Counted from the stretch's first letter, positions 1-10,502 are shown. The stretch is DNA of 64,000 nt from an uncultured virus (IMG/VR IMGVR_UViG_3300023174_000160) (IMGVR_UViG_3300023174_000160), one strand, 5' to 3'. The notes: generated from the sequence alone by a model not told the origin. Numbers and translations are program-made.

Positions 1-1
1 T

Positions 2-1183
2 AGAAGACGAATACAACCATGCCGATGGACCACGAAGCCTATCAAGAAAAGTTTCTCCATAATAGCCGCCGGTGCGAGTTGCATTAATAAGCAAATCTGG
101 AGGAAATGACGCTCCAGTAACAGTTGCGTTTGCGCTTGTACCAGACCTAGTTGTTGGGTAAAACACACTCGTACCACTCGTAGGCACTTTCATCGGGCCG
201 CGACGGATGGCGATGTAGATGTAGGTAGCGGACGGAAAGACATTCGCGGCAATTGTGGAAAAACCAGTGGCGTTGATACGAATTGGACCACCCGCAGAGG
301 GGGGCTGTTCTCCCGTACTACCGTTTGCATATAAAACGGCTGAAGCATCAACGGTCAGTCCGCGCATAACGTCAGACATCTGCCAACTGGAAGCGTTGGT
401 GCTGCTTTTTACCATGACCCACTGCGGTTCATAACCAAGGTTCACCGTTGCGTCGCCAGAGCCATTAGTCGTAAACGACCCACACGAAATCACATTGTCA
501 TTACCCGTAAGACCAAAGCCACCTGCGTTGTGGGCAAAAATATAGGCGACGTAAGTACCACCAACGTCGTTCACATTTAGGTTTGCGCCTACGCTAAATA
601 CAGTGCTGGTGGGTGCAGTGCTATTCCACAGGGCAGAGTCAATACCCTCCGCGCTGGTCAAGTTTAACTGGATGCCATACGAAGCTGAGGTCAAACTGCG
701 GTGGTACACCTGCCAGTTGCCAGTGCTGTCGGTTCTCTTGACAATAATGCAGCCCGGCACAGAGCCGAGATTGTGGGCGATTGTTCTTGCGCTACCCGTC
801 CCCGTATACGTCACCACATCAAAGAACTTGGCCTGTTTGCGGAATGTCCATGAGGCGAAAGTGGCGGCGCTAACATTAATCTTCGCCAATGAGCCAATAG
901 AAAATCCAGTTGAGCCAAAAGAGGTCAAACCTGTTATTCGTGTGACTTGGTTGGTAGTATTATTTGAAGCCAAATCAAAAGTTGCCCCGCGCGCCGTATC
1001 GTACAGGGCATGGTCAGTTGCCCCTGAGCGGCCTTTCATCCACACCAACCCACCATTGGTGGACAAGTTAATACCATTGGTAATGGTCTGGTTAGCCCCA
1101 GTACCCGTATATAGGTAGGTGCTGAAGACATCTTCAATGTAGTTAGCGGCAGTGCTAACTTGCGATGCGTTTGTGCTAAACAT
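2..1183 (-). CDS. Tail fibre/receptor-binding-type repeat protein, runs off the window start
   Basis: Read by hand (not in ORF track): ATG at 1183, MFSTNASQVSTAANYIEDVFSTYLYTGTG..., with repeated YTGTG/HNLG/YIAI modules typical of phage fibre proteins; open to position 2. Confidence 0.75.
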   Translation of the reverse strand, partial: MFSTNASQVSTAANYIEDVFSTYLYTGTGANQTITNGINLSTNGGLVWMKGRSGATDHALYDTARGATFDLASNNTTNQVTRITGLTSFGSTGFSIGSLAKINVSAATFASWTFRKQAKFFDVVTYTGTGSARTIAHNLGSVPGCIIVKRTDSTGNWQVYHRSLTSASYGIQLNLTSAEGIDSALWNSTAPTSTVFSVGANLNVNDVGGTYVAYIFAHNAGGFGLTGNDNVISCGSFTTNGSGDATVNLGYEPQWVMVKSSTNASSWQMSDVMRGLTVDASAVLYANGSTGEQPPSAGGPIRINATGFSTIAANVFPSATYIYIAIRRGPMKVPTSGTSVFYPTTRSGTSANATVTGASFPPDLLINATRTGGYYGETFLDRLRGPSAWLYSSS

Positions 1184-1192
1184 AGCTACCCC

Positions 1193-2434
1193 TTACAGGT
1201 AATTTTGACCTGCGTTGGAACCCCACCAATAGGTGCCGTCAGCCGTGAATACAAACTTGTCACCCTTGCTTGCGGTGCTAGTAATCGTCGGTGCAGTACT
1301 GCTCGGCCACTTAACCGATGCAGGCCAAGTCACAGTGCGCGAACCAGTAGCGTCTTGCAGTTGGAACAAGGTGAACGACTTACCAGCAGTGGCGGTCGGG
1401 AAGGTGTAGGTGCAGTTACCGGTCAGGGTCAGAATCTGCAGCGTGCCGTTGGCGATGTTAATCGTGTAAGCAGTGCTGGTGTTAGCAGTGACCGTGGTTT
1501 CGGTGTAGCCCGTGATAGTCGGGTTGGTCAGCGTGGCCGTAGCAATTGTCGGGGAAGTAGCCAGAACAACCGAGCCAGTACCCGTGAACGAGTTACCAAA
1601 TGCACCGGCTTGAGCGTAGACCTGCCACGTCGTACCGTCGTACAGCATCTGAACACCAACACCGGTAATGTCGCAGACGAGGTCTTGTGCAACACCCTCA
1701 ATCGTCGAACCGTTGCGGCCAACCGTCAGGTTGTTAGTACCCCATGCGCCACCATCAGCCAGCCACACTTGAGCGCCAGTAGAAGGCGAAGCCGGCAGGT
1801 TAACCGTGAATGCACCAGCGGTGGTGTCAGCAATAACGCCTTGGTTGTTGGTCAGGGTCGTCGTCGAAGTGACGCGAGTGTAGGTAATACCACCAGCAGC
1901 AGCAGCGGCCCAAGTCGGGGCGCTAGAACCATTCGAGGTCAGAACCTGACCAGCCGTACCAGCAGCCGTATAAGCATGCGCAGTGCCCGTACCGTAGCCA
2001 ACACCACCAGCAGTGGCAGTAGCAGTGCTATTAGTACCACCGTTAGCAATCGGCAGAACACCAGTCACGCCAGTTGTGAGCGGCAGGCCAGTAGCGTTGG
2101 TCAGAGTGCCCGAAGTCGGGGTGCCCAAAGCACCACCGTTGACTACGAAGGCACCAGCAGAACCCGTGTTAACACCCAGAGCCGTCGCAACACCGGTACC
2201 AAACGATGTGATTCCCGTACCACCATTAGCCACCGGCAGGGTGCCAGTAACAGTGCTCAGCGGGGTGTTTTTGTAGGCGATGGTTTGAACGACACCGTTG
2301 TTGTCCTTATAGAACAACTTGCCGTCAGTAATGTTGATTGCCAACTCGCCGTTGGTGAGGTTTCCAGCCGTCGGCGTTGCGGAGACCGTGGTGGAATAGT
2401 AAAGAGAGATAGGCGTGGAGTTTGCGGCTGCCAT
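1193..2434 (-). CDS. Tail fibre protein, 413 aa
   Basis: N-terminal GELAINITDGKLFYK anchor-type domain, LPVANGGTG repeats, Thr/Gly-rich. Confidence 0.8.
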   Translation of the reverse strand: MAAANSTPISLYYSTTVSATPTAGNLTNGELAINITDGKLFYKDNNGVVQTIAYKNTPLSTVTGTLPVANGGTGITSFGTGVATALGVNTGSAGAFVVNGGALGTPTSGTLTNATGLPLTTGVTGVLPIANGGTNSTATATAGGVGYGTGTAHAYTAAGTAGQVLTSNGSSAPTWAAAAAGGITYTRVTSTTTLTNNQGVIADTTAGAFTVNLPASPSTGAQVWLADGGAWGTNNLTVGRNGSTIEGVAQDLVCDITGVGVQMLYDGTTWQVYAQAGAFGNSFTGTGSVVLATSPTIATATLTNPTITGYTETTVTANTSTAYTINIANGTLQILTLTGNCTYTFPTATAGKSFTLFQLQDATGSRTVTWPASVKWPSSTAPTITSTASKGDKFVFTADGTYWWGSNAGQNYL

Positions 2435-2443
2435 GATTATTCC

Positions 2444-5104
2444 TTAAAAAGTTCCACCCGAAACGGATGTTACACCGTAACCGGCCAGAGTGGTAGGTTT
2501 ATTGGTCAGGTCTGCGAACGAACCCGAGAACAGAGTGGGCTTATTAGTGAGGTCAGTATACGAACCCGAGAACAGCGTCGGCTTACCGGTCAAATCAGCA
2601 TACGCACCCGAGAACAGAGTGGGTTTGTTGCTCAGGTCATTATAAGAACCCGAGGTGGCCACAGTGGCCAGCGACGAGGTATTAGCCTTGCCAGAAACAA
2701 CCGTGGTCAACGCAGCAACAGCACTTTCATCACTAGCCAATTGAGCGGCGATTTCAGCCAAAGTATCCAAAGCTGCCGGAGCGGCACCAACCACTGCTTG
2801 GATTGCGGAGGTCACTTGAGCCGAGGTTTGATAGCCCGAGTCGTTAGTAAGCGCCGAAACAGCGGTCGGGATGGTCGGCTTGCCAGTCAGCGAAGCGTAG
2901 GTACCAGCGGTTGCCACAGAGGCGAGGCTGGACGGGTTGACTGGGGTATACCCAAGAGCCGTAGCAATCGAGCTAGAAGTGACAGAAGCATCAGTACCAG
3001 CCGGGCCTTGCGGACCAGTAGCGCCAGTAGCGCCGGTATCACCCTTCAGACCTTGAATGCCTTGCGGACCCTGCGGGCCAGTAGCGCCCGTATCACCCTT
3101 TGCGCCGGCGGCGCCAGTAGCACCCGTATCGCCTTGCGGACCCTGAGCACCGGTAGCACCCGTGTCACCTTTCAGACCTTGAATGCCTTGGGGACCAGTT
3201 GCACCAGTAGCGCCCGTATCGCCCTTCAAACCCTGCGGACCCTGAGCGCCAGTAGCGCCGGTATCACCCTTCAAGCCCTGCGGGCCTTGAGCACCCGTAG
3301 CGCCCGTGTCGCCCTTCAGTTGACTAACAACGCTTGACGGCAGGGTGGTGACATTCGACAAATCAGCATTGGCCTTGGTGCCAACAGCCGTATTAACGAA
3401 AGCCTCAGTGGCGATAGCCAGTTCGTTGTTGGTTTCGCCAAACTTCCACTTGCCTGCGGTTTCGTCCCAAATCAAACGCTGACGGGCCAAGTCACCGCGG
3501 TCAACATCAATACCGGCGTAGCGAACCGAAACACCGCTGCCATTCTCACCCTTGTTAACGGTGATGACGTTGTCCTTGATAGCAAGGTTCGTCGTGTTGA
3601 CGGTAGTCGTGGTGCCGTTAACGGTCAGGTTGCCAGTCACGGTCAGAGCACCAGAAACCGATTGGTCTCCGCTAATGTTAACGGTCGGGGCCGTCATAAC
3701 AATCTGCGTTGGGGCCGTAAAGCGAACTTGTGAGCCAGTACCAATCGACTGAACCACCACATCAGCATTGGTGCCGTTGGTTTGAATCGTCGTCGAGCTT
3801 TGGCTGTCCAGAGTCAGCGAGCCAGTACCAGTGGTGGCAATCCGCATGCCTTGGTTGGTATCGGCCGTGAAGTTAATCGTGTTGGACGAAATACCCAGAA
3901 CCGGCACCCCATCCACATACAGGGTGTTTGCGTCAATGCGCATTTCCTTGGTGTAGATAGCGTTAAATTTCTTGGTTGCCGAGCCAATGTTCGATACGCC
4001 AGATACAGCAGGCATGATGTCGCCAGTAGCCGAAGCGTTCAGCGGGGTATAGCCCAGAGCATTGGTAATAGAAGTTGTGGTAACAGAAGCGTCAGTACCA
4101 GCCGGGCCAGTAGCGCCAGTGTCGCCCTTCGGGCCTTGAGCACCCGCAGCGCCAGTAACACCTTGGATACCTTGCGGGCCAGTTGCACCCGTATCACCCT
4201 TCGGACCAGTAGCTCCGGTAGCTCCGGTATCACCCTTAGCGCCTTGCGCGCCAGTAGCGCCGGTGTCGCCCTTCAAACCTTGAATGCCCTGCGGGCCTTG
4301 AGCGCCGGTAGCGCCAGTATCACCCTTCGGGCCTTGGATACCTTGTTGGCCTTGTGCACCAGTTGCACCGGTAGCACCCGTATCGCCCTTCAAACCTTGG
4401 ATGCCTTGGTCGCCCTTCAGTTGAGCAACAACACCAGCCGGCAGAGTCGTGACGTTCGACAGGTCGGCGTTAGCCTTATTAGCCACAGTAGCCGTCAGAG
4501 CGGTAACTGCAGACTCATCGCTAGCCAGTTGGTCGGCAATTTCTTTCAGAGTGTCCAGAGCGGCAGGAGCGGCGCCAACTACAGCAGCAACTGCATCGTT
4601 AATCTGGGCAGTGATGCTGGCATTGGTCAGAACCGGGTTGCCATTCACATACACGCCAGACGTATCAATCGTCACACCAGTGCCGACCGAAATTGAGGTT
4701 GCCTTAACGGCCGGGACATCAATCGAGTCAGGAGCAACAACCACCACCGTACCGCGAACAGACTCAGTGAAGTTCAAGCGGAACGAATTGTTGTCAATGG
4801 TTTGCTTGCTGACGCTGACGATATTGCCATTAGTATCAAGGACTTGAATCCATACGTTGGATGTACCCAAGTTATGATTGACAGTCCAAGTCAGCGAATT
4901 TGCGCCTTGGACATGAATGTACGAGTTAGTCTTGTGACTAAACGGATACCAAGTCTCTAGGTCGCCAATTTTGACGTAGCCGTAGAGATTGCTATTTTTA
5001 ACAACAAAGGTGCCAATCGCAGGATTAGCAGGGAAGTCGGCATTGTCGGTCTCAAAGACCAGCGCGCCAACAAGGGACAAATCATTTAGAACGCGAGTTT
5101 CCAT
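2444..5104 (-). CDS. Collagen-like fibre protein, 886 aa
   Basis: Two Gly-X-Y blocks, [11 protein letters not shown] modules, C-terminal [12 protein letters not shown] repeats. Confidence 0.85.
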   Translation of the reverse strand: METRVLNDLSLVGALVFETDNADFPANPAIGTFVVKNSNLYGYVKIGDLETWYPFSHKTNSYIHVQGANSLTWTVNHNLGTSNVWIQVLDTNGNIVSVSKQTIDNNSFRLNFTESVRGTVVVVAPDSIDVPAVKATSISVGTGVTIDTSGVYVNGNPVLTNASITAQINDAVAAVVGAAPAALDTLKEIADQLASDESAVTALTATVANKANADLSNVTTLPAGVVAQLKGDQGIQGLKGDTGATGATGAQGQQGIQGPKGDTGATGAQGPQGIQGLKGDTGATGAQGAKGDTGATGATGPKGDTGATGPQGIQGVTGAAGAQGPKGDTGATGPAGTDASVTTTSITNALGYTPLNASATGDIMPAVSGVSNIGSATKKFNAIYTKEMRIDANTLYVDGVPVLGISSNTINFTADTNQGMRIATTGTGSLTLDSQSSTTIQTNGTNADVVVQSIGTGSQVRFTAPTQIVMTAPTVNISGDQSVSGALTVTGNLTVNGTTTTVNTTNLAIKDNVITVNKGENGSGVSVRYAGIDVDRGDLARQRLIWDETAGKWKFGETNNELAIATEAFVNTAVGTKANADLSNVTTLPSSVVSQLKGDTGATGAQGPQGLKGDTGATGAQGPQGLKGDTGATGATGPQGIQGLKGDTGATGAQGPQGDTGATGAAGAKGDTGATGPQGPQGIQGLKGDTGATGATGPQGPAGTDASVTSSSIATALGYTPVNPSSLASVATAGTYASLTGKPTIPTAVSALTNDSGYQTSAQVTSAIQAVVGAAPAALDTLAEIAAQLASDESAVAALTTVVSGKANTSSLATVATSGSYNDLSNKPTLFSGAYADLTGKPTLFSGSYTDLTNKPTLFSGSFADLTNKPTTLAGYGVTSVSGGTF
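2990..3313 (-). repeat. Collagen block 2 (36 Gly-X-Y triplets)
   Basis: Counted from translation, GDT...GTD. Confidence 0.9.
4091..4414 (-). repeat. Collagen block 1 (36 Gly-X-Y triplets)
   Basis: Counted from translation, GDQ...GTD. Confidence 0.9.
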
Positions 5105-5302
5105 TTACATTCCTTTTGGCGGCGAAATGCCACGCATGTAAGCTGTGCCTAGGGCGACTTTTCTCATCACGTTCAATACTTCATAGTTCTGTCTAATCAA
5201 ATCAAGTAAGTCGGCGGAACTACAGTCTTTTTGGCGCATGGAATTGACATCATCCGCCACCCGCAACAACCACTCTTTTATTTGTGCAGAACTACTTATC
5301 AT
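5105..5302 (-). CDS. Hypothetical protein, ~65 aa
   Basis: ATG at 5302 overlaps the upstream gene end; stop abuts the collagen fibre start. Confidence 0.5.
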   Translation of the reverse strand: MISSSAQIKEWLLRVADDVNSMRQKDCSSADLLDLIRQNYEVLNVMRKVALGTAYMRGISPPKGM

Positions 5303-5495
5303 CTCTCGCCAGAACTTCAGCGCGTTCGTAAAATCTTTTGATCCAGTCCAAATTCTGTACAAACTGCTGTACATCATCGTCGTCCATTGCACCGTCAATA
5401 TCATCAGACAGCCATCGGATGTTGTCCTCTAAATGCAGGAGAGTTTCATCCACGGTACTCAACGACGCAACATCAAAATTTGGCAGTGGCTTCAT
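5292..5495 (-). CDS. Hypothetical acidic protein, 67 aa
   Basis: Fills the gap in the operon; no clear RBS. Confidence 0.5.
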   Translation of the reverse strand: MKPLPNFDVASLSTVDETLLHLEDNIRWLSDDIDGAMDDDDVQQFVQNLDWIKRFYERAEVLARDDK

Positions 5496-5527
5496 AAAAG
5501 GCGGGAGGAGGTTTTTGCCTCCCCCCG
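5496..5527 (-). terminator. Possible intrinsic terminator/attenuator hairpin
   Basis: Minus strand CGGGGGGAGG-CAAAAA-CCTCCTCCCG followed by CCTTTT. Confidence 0.55.
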
Positions 5528-5535
5528 GTCCTCAA

Positions 5536-7086
5536 TTACAGCGAGGCAGCGCTACGGCAGATGACCTTAACCTTCAGCGCGGTGCTGAGGTAGACCTTGA
5601 CCGAGTTGCTGTCAACTTCTTCAACCGACACGATGTCGTTGTAGTACTTGCCGTTCGAGCGCTCAACCAGAACGCCAACATCAACGAACGAGCTGTTCAG
5701 ACCGTGGTTGATGGTGTGGACAGTAGCGGCGGCGCCGGCTTGAAACGTGAAGACAGTTGCGTTGTAGTCATCACGGATGGCGGTATCAGCAGCGGCACGG
5801 GCCGAGGCTTCAGCGCTTTCAGCAGCGGTAGCACGGGTGACTTCAGCAGCAAGGTCAGCAGCAATTGCGTTTTCAGCAGCGGTAGCACGGGTGACTTCAG
5901 CCGACAGGTCAGCAGCAATTGCATTCTCAGCAGCGGTAGCACGGGTAACTTCGCTGTCGATACGGCCGCCCAGTGCGGTGTCAGCGTTTTGACGGGCAGT
6001 GGCTTCAGCCGAGACAGCAGTCTGACGGTCCGAGATTTCCGTATCAATGCGGCCACCAAGAGCGGTATCAGCATTTTGACGGGCAGTAGCTTCGGCCGAA
6101 ACGGCAGCTTGACGGTCCGAAATTTCGGTGTCGATGCGGCCACCCAGAGCAGTGTCAGCGGCTTGACGGTCGCTAATTTCGGTGTCAATACGACCACCCA
6201 GAGCAACGTCAGCAGCAGAACGGGTCGTAGCTTCCGACGAGATGTCATCAGCCAGATTTTGTTCAGCGGTTTGGGCGCGGCTAATTTCGTCAGCAATGTC
6301 ATCAGCCAGATTGGCTTCAGCAGCAGCAGCACGGGCGGCTTCGTTGCTCAGACCGGTGTTGACTTCGTTGATTGCGCCAACCAGATTGCCCTTGAACGAG
6401 GTGTTAAGGTTGTTCAGGTCGCCAATCTTGCCGTTGACTTGGCCTTCCAGAGTGGTAACGCGACCATCCAGAGCGGTGTCAGCAGCGGCGCGGGCAGCAG
6501 CTTCGTCCGAAACGGCTTGGGCACGGGCAGTAGCTTCATCAGCGATGTCCGAAGCCAGACCAGCTTCAGCGGCGGTAGCACGGGTGGTTTCAGCGTCCAA
6601 GTTGCTTTGAACGTCGCCAATCATGCCTTCCAGAACGTTGATGATGTCCGGGTTGCCTTCCAGCGCGTCAGCGAGTTCCTTGATGGTGTCAAGGACAGCA
6701 GGCGGAATACCACCGAGAAGGTCGGCCTTGGTTTGGTCAATCTTGGCATCAAGAGCGGCTTCAGCGGCGAGAGCGCGGGTGACTTCGTCCGACAGGTCCG
6801 AGGCGATTGCGCTTTCAGCAGCGGCAGCACGGGTTTGTTCGGCAGTGATAGAAGCTTGGACAGCGGCCAGTTCGGTAGCGGCCGACTCAGCGTCCTTGAT
6901 GGTGCGGACAACGACAGCACCGGTGTTGTCCAGAGCCGAATATCGCACGACCTTGTCGGTCGAGTTAAACCACAGGCGGCCAGCAGCAACTGGCATCGGG
7001 TCCGACGACAGGATTTCGAGGTGAAGATTTTCTACGTAGGCATTGGCCGCAAGGGTAATGCCATGAAAGACGGGGAAGTTAGCCAT
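5536..7086 (-). CDS. Coiled-coil fibre protein
   Basis: RBS GGAG before MANFP; repeated E-TRATAAE and ADTALGGRIDTE units; C-terminal INHGLN domain. Confidence 0.8.
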   Translation of the reverse strand: MANFPVFHGITLAANAYVENLHLEILSSDPMPVAAGRLWFNSTDKVVRYSALDNTGAVVVRTIKDAESAATELAAVQASITAEQTRAAAAESAIASDLSDEVTRALAAEAALDAKIDQTKADLLGGIPPAVLDTIKELADALEGNPDIINVLEGMIGDVQSNLDAETTRATAAEAGLASDIADEATARAQAVSDEAAARAAADTALDGRVTTLEGQVNGKIGDLNNLNTSFKGNLVGAINEVNTGLSNEAARAAAAEANLADDIADEISRAQTAEQNLADDISSEATTRSAADVALGGRIDTEISDRQAADTALGGRIDTEISDRQAAVSAEATARQNADTALGGRIDTEISDRQTAVSAEATARQNADTALGGRIDSEVTRATAAENAIAADLSAEVTRATAAENAIAADLAAEVTRATAAESAEASARAAADTAIRDDYNATVFTFQAGAAATVHTINHGLNSSFVDVGVLVERSNGKYYNDIVSVEEVDSNSVKVYLSTALKVKVICRSAASL

Positions 7087-7144
7087 GTGTTTCTCCAAGA
7101 AACTTTGTATATAAAGGTTTTCTCGACACGGCTCAGGGTTCCTA

Positions 7145-7351
7145 CTATACCACAAACCGCCGCAAAACTAAAAGCTCTTGGTCTACCCGAAGAGCGTCGC
7201 TTCCGGCGTGTTTCACTCGCCATTCCGTTTCTGGAAGGGCGCTGTCAAAGTAAAATTTACCATCCCGGTACTCTGTAAGCTCGGCACCGTGGGCCTTCAT
7301 GTATGATGCCAGATGGATGTCTCGCTTAGCAACTACAATTTTATACTTCAT
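7145..7351 (-). CDS. Small hypothetical protein (DUF5659-like)
   Basis: RDIHLASYMKAHG...GKFYF motif; ATGA overlap with upstream gene. Confidence 0.55.
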   Translation of the reverse strand: MKYKIVVAKRDIHLASYMKAHGAELTEYRDGKFYFDSALPETEWRVKHAGSDALRVDQELLVLRRFVV

Positions 7352-7629
7352 AGACCGAACGCCACAAAGACTGAGCCAGCCGTCGGCTCAGTTAGATAAA
7401 CAACGAATTGGTTTTTACTAACAGCGGTTATTTTGGCAAAAAACTGATTGTTGCTAGTATCTACTAGCGTTGCGTAAAAGTTATACGTCCCAAGATTATG
7501 CGTCACTACCCAAGTTAGCGCAGGCACTGCGAAGTTATAAACCCGCAATATCCCGCTATACTCTGATGCTGCCGCCGCTCCCGTCCCGTATACTTTACCA
7601 TACGACTTGGCAAAGTATTGAGCTGTCAT
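7348..7629 (-). CDS. Small fibre-associated protein
   Basis: TWVVTHNLGT domain shared with neighbouring fibres. Confidence 0.65.
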   Translation of the reverse strand: MTAQYFAKSYGKVYGTGAAAASEYSGILRVYNFAVPALTWVVTHNLGTYNFYATLVDTSNNQFFAKITAVSKNQFVVYLTEPTAGSVFVAFGL

Positions 7630-7949
7630 TAAATCCCCGCTTGGATTACCTTAAAAGTAGCAGTCCCCTGCCCATATTCAATTACACGAACCCGAACGCC
7701 AGTAATTGGAAATGCGTAATACCCGTCTGCATTTGCCGTTTGGTTTTCAATAAACGGAAACCATACAAAATTTTCTTGACTTTTGTTCTGCCAAACATCT
7801 TCGTACGTATGTTCAACAGTGTACTTCATGATGGCGCCGTCGCTTAGCATCACCGCAACAGCCACATTTACTGGACTTTCGTTAATATTGATGCCAATAG
7901 TGTTGGTGACGCCAAGGCCAGAAATCGACGCTGTAACCTGTCGTGCCAT
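7629..7949 (-). CDS. Putative virion structural protein, 106 aa
   Basis: Beta-rich; coupled TAATG junctions. Confidence 0.65.
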   Translation of the reverse strand: MARQVTASISGLGVTNTIGININESPVNVAVAVMLSDGAIMKYTVEHTYEDVWQNKSQENFVWFPFIENQTANADGYYAFPITGVRVRVIEYGQGTATFKVIQAGI

Positions 7950-8410
7950 TAAAACGTACCCCCCTGAATCCCGTTCCCCACAACCAACCCGGGCAAGTAA
8001 TCTAGCGACGGGTGAACATTCGTACCATCAGCATAAAGCGAGACAACTTTACCAGTAGGCACCGTTGTCCCAGTACCTAGAGCTGTTTTTACCACAATGC
8101 TTTGGCCGCCGGTAGTGTTATTTTCAATAATGTATGGCTTATTGATTGTGGGCACAATCAGGTTGCGGGTAGCAGTAAGACTAACCGAAGAAGTCACATT
8201 CAGAATGTAGTTACGGGCAACCTGTGTTGCGTTCGTATTCGTCAGCGTGATTGTAAGGTCGGAGTCAACAGTAAAGTTCGCGTTAGCTCTACCAACAATT
8301 GCTTCTTCGATAGCGGTGCCAAGATTAGTATTGGTAGTGTCGCCCCATACGCCGGACTGCTCTCCGTTCCCAATAAGCTCAATCTTAATGCTCGAATATG
8401 TGCTTGCCAT
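7949..8410 (-). CDS. Putative fibre-anchoring virion protein, 153 aa
   Basis: GEQSGVWGDTTNTNL N-terminal motif typical of fibre anchors; ends GGTF. Confidence 0.7.
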   Translation of the reverse strand: MASTYSSIKIELIGNGEQSGVWGDTTNTNLGTAIEEAIVGRANANFTVDSDLTITLTNTNATQVARNYILNVTSSVSLTATRNLIVPTINKPYIIENNTTGGQSIVVKTALGTGTTVPTGKVVSLYADGTNVHPSLDYLPGLVVGNGIQGGTF

Positions 8411-8420
8411 TTGATATTCC

Positions 8421-9131
8421 TTATGCTGCTATAACTTGCCAATTAGGGAATTGGCTGTCGTCTATAAGTCCCCAGACTAGCGTAGGCCCAATCCTACCAA
8501 CAGCCGATACCCCAGAGACATTTACTATTGAGCTTCCTGTCGCGGATACATTACCAACCGCCCCGTTTGCTACAAGTCCTGTTACATACGCCGTTTCATC
8601 TAGGTATACATCCGGCGTGCCTACAGCCCCAGTTGCCACAACCCCAGTAACGGTAAAGATTGCATCTGTATCAACTCTAACTGCACCAACTGCCGAGGTA
8701 GCCACCGTTCCTATGGCATCTACTTGGGCTTGGCCGGTCACTGCTACAGTACCAATACTGCCGGTGGCATCTACTCCAGAGCCGTCTACAATGGCATCAC
8801 CAGAAAATACCAAGTAGCCTACATCGCCAAAGCCTTCTACTCCGATTACTGAAACTACAACATCAGTAACAACTGCGATGCTTCCTACTTGCCCAGTGGC
8901 TTGGTTGCCAGAAACACTTACATCTGCACCGGAGCTTGTACTTACTGACCCTAGTTGCGAAGTTCCAACAACACCGACCAAATTTATAGAAGCATCTGCG
9001 GTTACTGAAACACTACCAACCGACCCAGTGGCCGATACTCCCACTACATCTGCGGCTAATACATCCGTGCCCCATCCGTCTCGGCTCCAAGGACCAGACC
9101 CCCAGCCAATGTAATCGACGGAAAAAAGCAC
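8421..9131 (-). CDS. 22-aa-repeat beta-rich virion protein
   Basis: About nine GVSATGSVG-type repeats; N-terminal GWGSGPWSRDGWG. Confidence 0.75.
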   Translation of the reverse strand: MLFSVDYIGWGSGPWSRDGWGTDVLAADVVGVSATGSVGSVSVTADASINLVGVVGTSQLGSVSTSSGADVSVSGNQATGQVGSIAVVTDVVVSVIGVEGFGDVGYLVFSGDAIVDGSGVDATGSIGTVAVTGQAQVDAIGTVATSAVGAVRVDTDAIFTVTGVVATGAVGTPDVYLDETAYVTGLVANGAVGNVSATGSSIVNVSGVSAVGRIGPTLVWGLIDDSQFPNWQVIAA

Positions 9132-9140
9132 GGAGTACCT

Positions 9141-9569
9141 TTAGGCAATACGAATGATGGCATTAGACGCGTCTGGGACCGGGAACACAATGGTAAAATT
9201 GCCAGCGGTAGAAGTCTTATCCGAACCAAAGTCCAGAATACAAACCGCTTTGTTCGACTTGCTGCTGTTGTAAATCATAGCGCCGCGAGCGGTGATAGTA
9301 GCCGTGCTCCACGTGGTGTCAGCAAAGTCGGTAAGTGCAGTGGTGCCCGAGGACGTGGGGGTGACGTTGGTCAGCGTGTTGCCGCCTGCAGTGTACCCAG
9401 TACCAACAACTTCGTTAGAAGTCGTATAAGCAGTGGTGGTCGCGTCCAAAGAAGCCGACGAGGTGTACAGAGCAATTTTGAAAACGTCGCCGGTAGAGGC
9501 GGTGAAGTTGTGCGTCGCGGTCAAAAGTTCAACCTTAAACGAAGTGCACATAGCTTGGCTGATTGCCAT
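9141..9569 (-). CDS. Putative virion structural protein, 142 aa
   Basis: AMCTSFK-ELL...FKIALYTS...GYTAGG, a common phage structural family; RBS GGAG. Confidence 0.75.
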   Translation of the reverse strand: MAISQAMCTSFKVELLTATHNFTASTGDVFKIALYTSSASLDATTTAYTTSNEVVGTGYTAGGNTLTNVTPTSSGTTALTDFADTTWSTATITARGAMIYNSSKSNKAVCILDFGSDKTSTAGNFTIVFPVPDASNAIIRIA

Positions 9570-9578
9570 AATAAGCTC

Positions 9579-9863
9579 CTAATCTAAAAGTTTTACAAGT
9601 TCGGGATGCCCTGCATCCACGAGTCTATTTCCAATGGTTACATTGTGACATGCAACCGCTTCTTTCATATACGCAAGAAGAACGCCCTTGATTTGAAAAC
9701 GAAATGCTTCTGCTTGTTCTTTAATCACTGGGTGTGCGTTCTTGCCCACATAAATAATTTTATCCAACAGCCGTTCAGTAAGTTCTTCGGGGGTAAATCC
9801 ACGATTATTGGAGGTATGTACTGTAACCCCACCCAACAACATCGGAATTTCTGAAGTAAACAA
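9579..9863 (-). CDS. Hypothetical protein, 94 aa
   Basis: TTG start with AGGAG RBS. Confidence 0.65.
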   Translation of the reverse strand: MFTSEIPMLLGGVTVHTSNNRGFTPEELTERLLDKIIYVGKNAHPVIKEQAEAFRFQIKGVLLAYMKEAVACHNVTIGNRLVDAGHPELVKLLD

Positions 9864-9872
9864 TTATTTCTC

Positions 9873-10502
9873 CTATTGTACCGGGTACCGAACTTGACCA
9901 CTGCGATAGGCATCGCGCCTGTTTTTACCATCGCCCAGTTGTTTGAGAAGCTGCATAGCTTCGTCATACCGAGCTTTATACACCTGAAGCATTTCCTGCT
10001 CGCCCTTCAAGAACGTATACGCTTCTACCAATGCACCGTACAGCAGCACCGTATCGAAATTATCGCCAACCCAGCTAGTACCAGCCGTAACAATTGACTG
10101 CGGGTAGTAAAAATAATGTAGCTCGATGTTGTACGCGATATTCGGCGTGGGGCCTAGGATAAACGTGTTTTGGTCAAACAATGCGTAATAAATAGGCTCA
10201 CCAGTATCGGCGGGCATTGGATACGCTTCTCTAATAAAGTTTACGTCTTTATTTAGCATGTACTTGAAGCCACCTTGCCCGTCAATAACACCCATAGAGT
10301 ATGTAGCCAACCAATCAGATGGGGCTGCTAGGTATTTATTGCCGGCTGTAGCATTACCAGTAACATTTTTACGCAAGGCTGGTAGCTGCACCGAGTTGTA
10401 AATCCGCTGTTCAGCCTGTTCAATGAACGTATTAATGTCCGTTGTCGAGAACGTATTCTCGCAGTAATCCTGAATAGCGGTTACAAGTTGGTTGTAGTTC
10501 AT
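9873..10502 (-). CDS. Putative head-tail adaptor
   Basis: FIEQAEQRIYN...LGPTP...LLYGALVEAY motifs. Confidence 0.7.
   Translation of the reverse strand: MNYNQLVTAIQDYCENTFSTTDINTFIEQAEQRIYNSVQLPALRKNVTGNATAGNKYLAAPSDWLATYSMGVIDGQGGFKYMLNKDVNFIREAYPMPADTGEPIYYALFDQNTFILGPTPNIAYNIELHYFYYPQSIVTAGTSWVGDNFDTVLLYGALVEAYTFLKGEQEMLQVYKARYDEAMQLLKQLGDGKNRRDAYRSGQVRYPVQ

Noticed and set aside
2990..4414. Repeats as a possible CRISPR array
   Set aside because: They are in-frame collagen codons with no constant repeat and unique spacer pattern, and no cas operon is present
603..7278. Long plus-strand ORFs (603-1118, 1160-3337, 3782-4696, 5338-7278)
   Set aside because: They are antisense shadows of repetitive, codon-biased fibre genes, with no RBS or recognisable motifs
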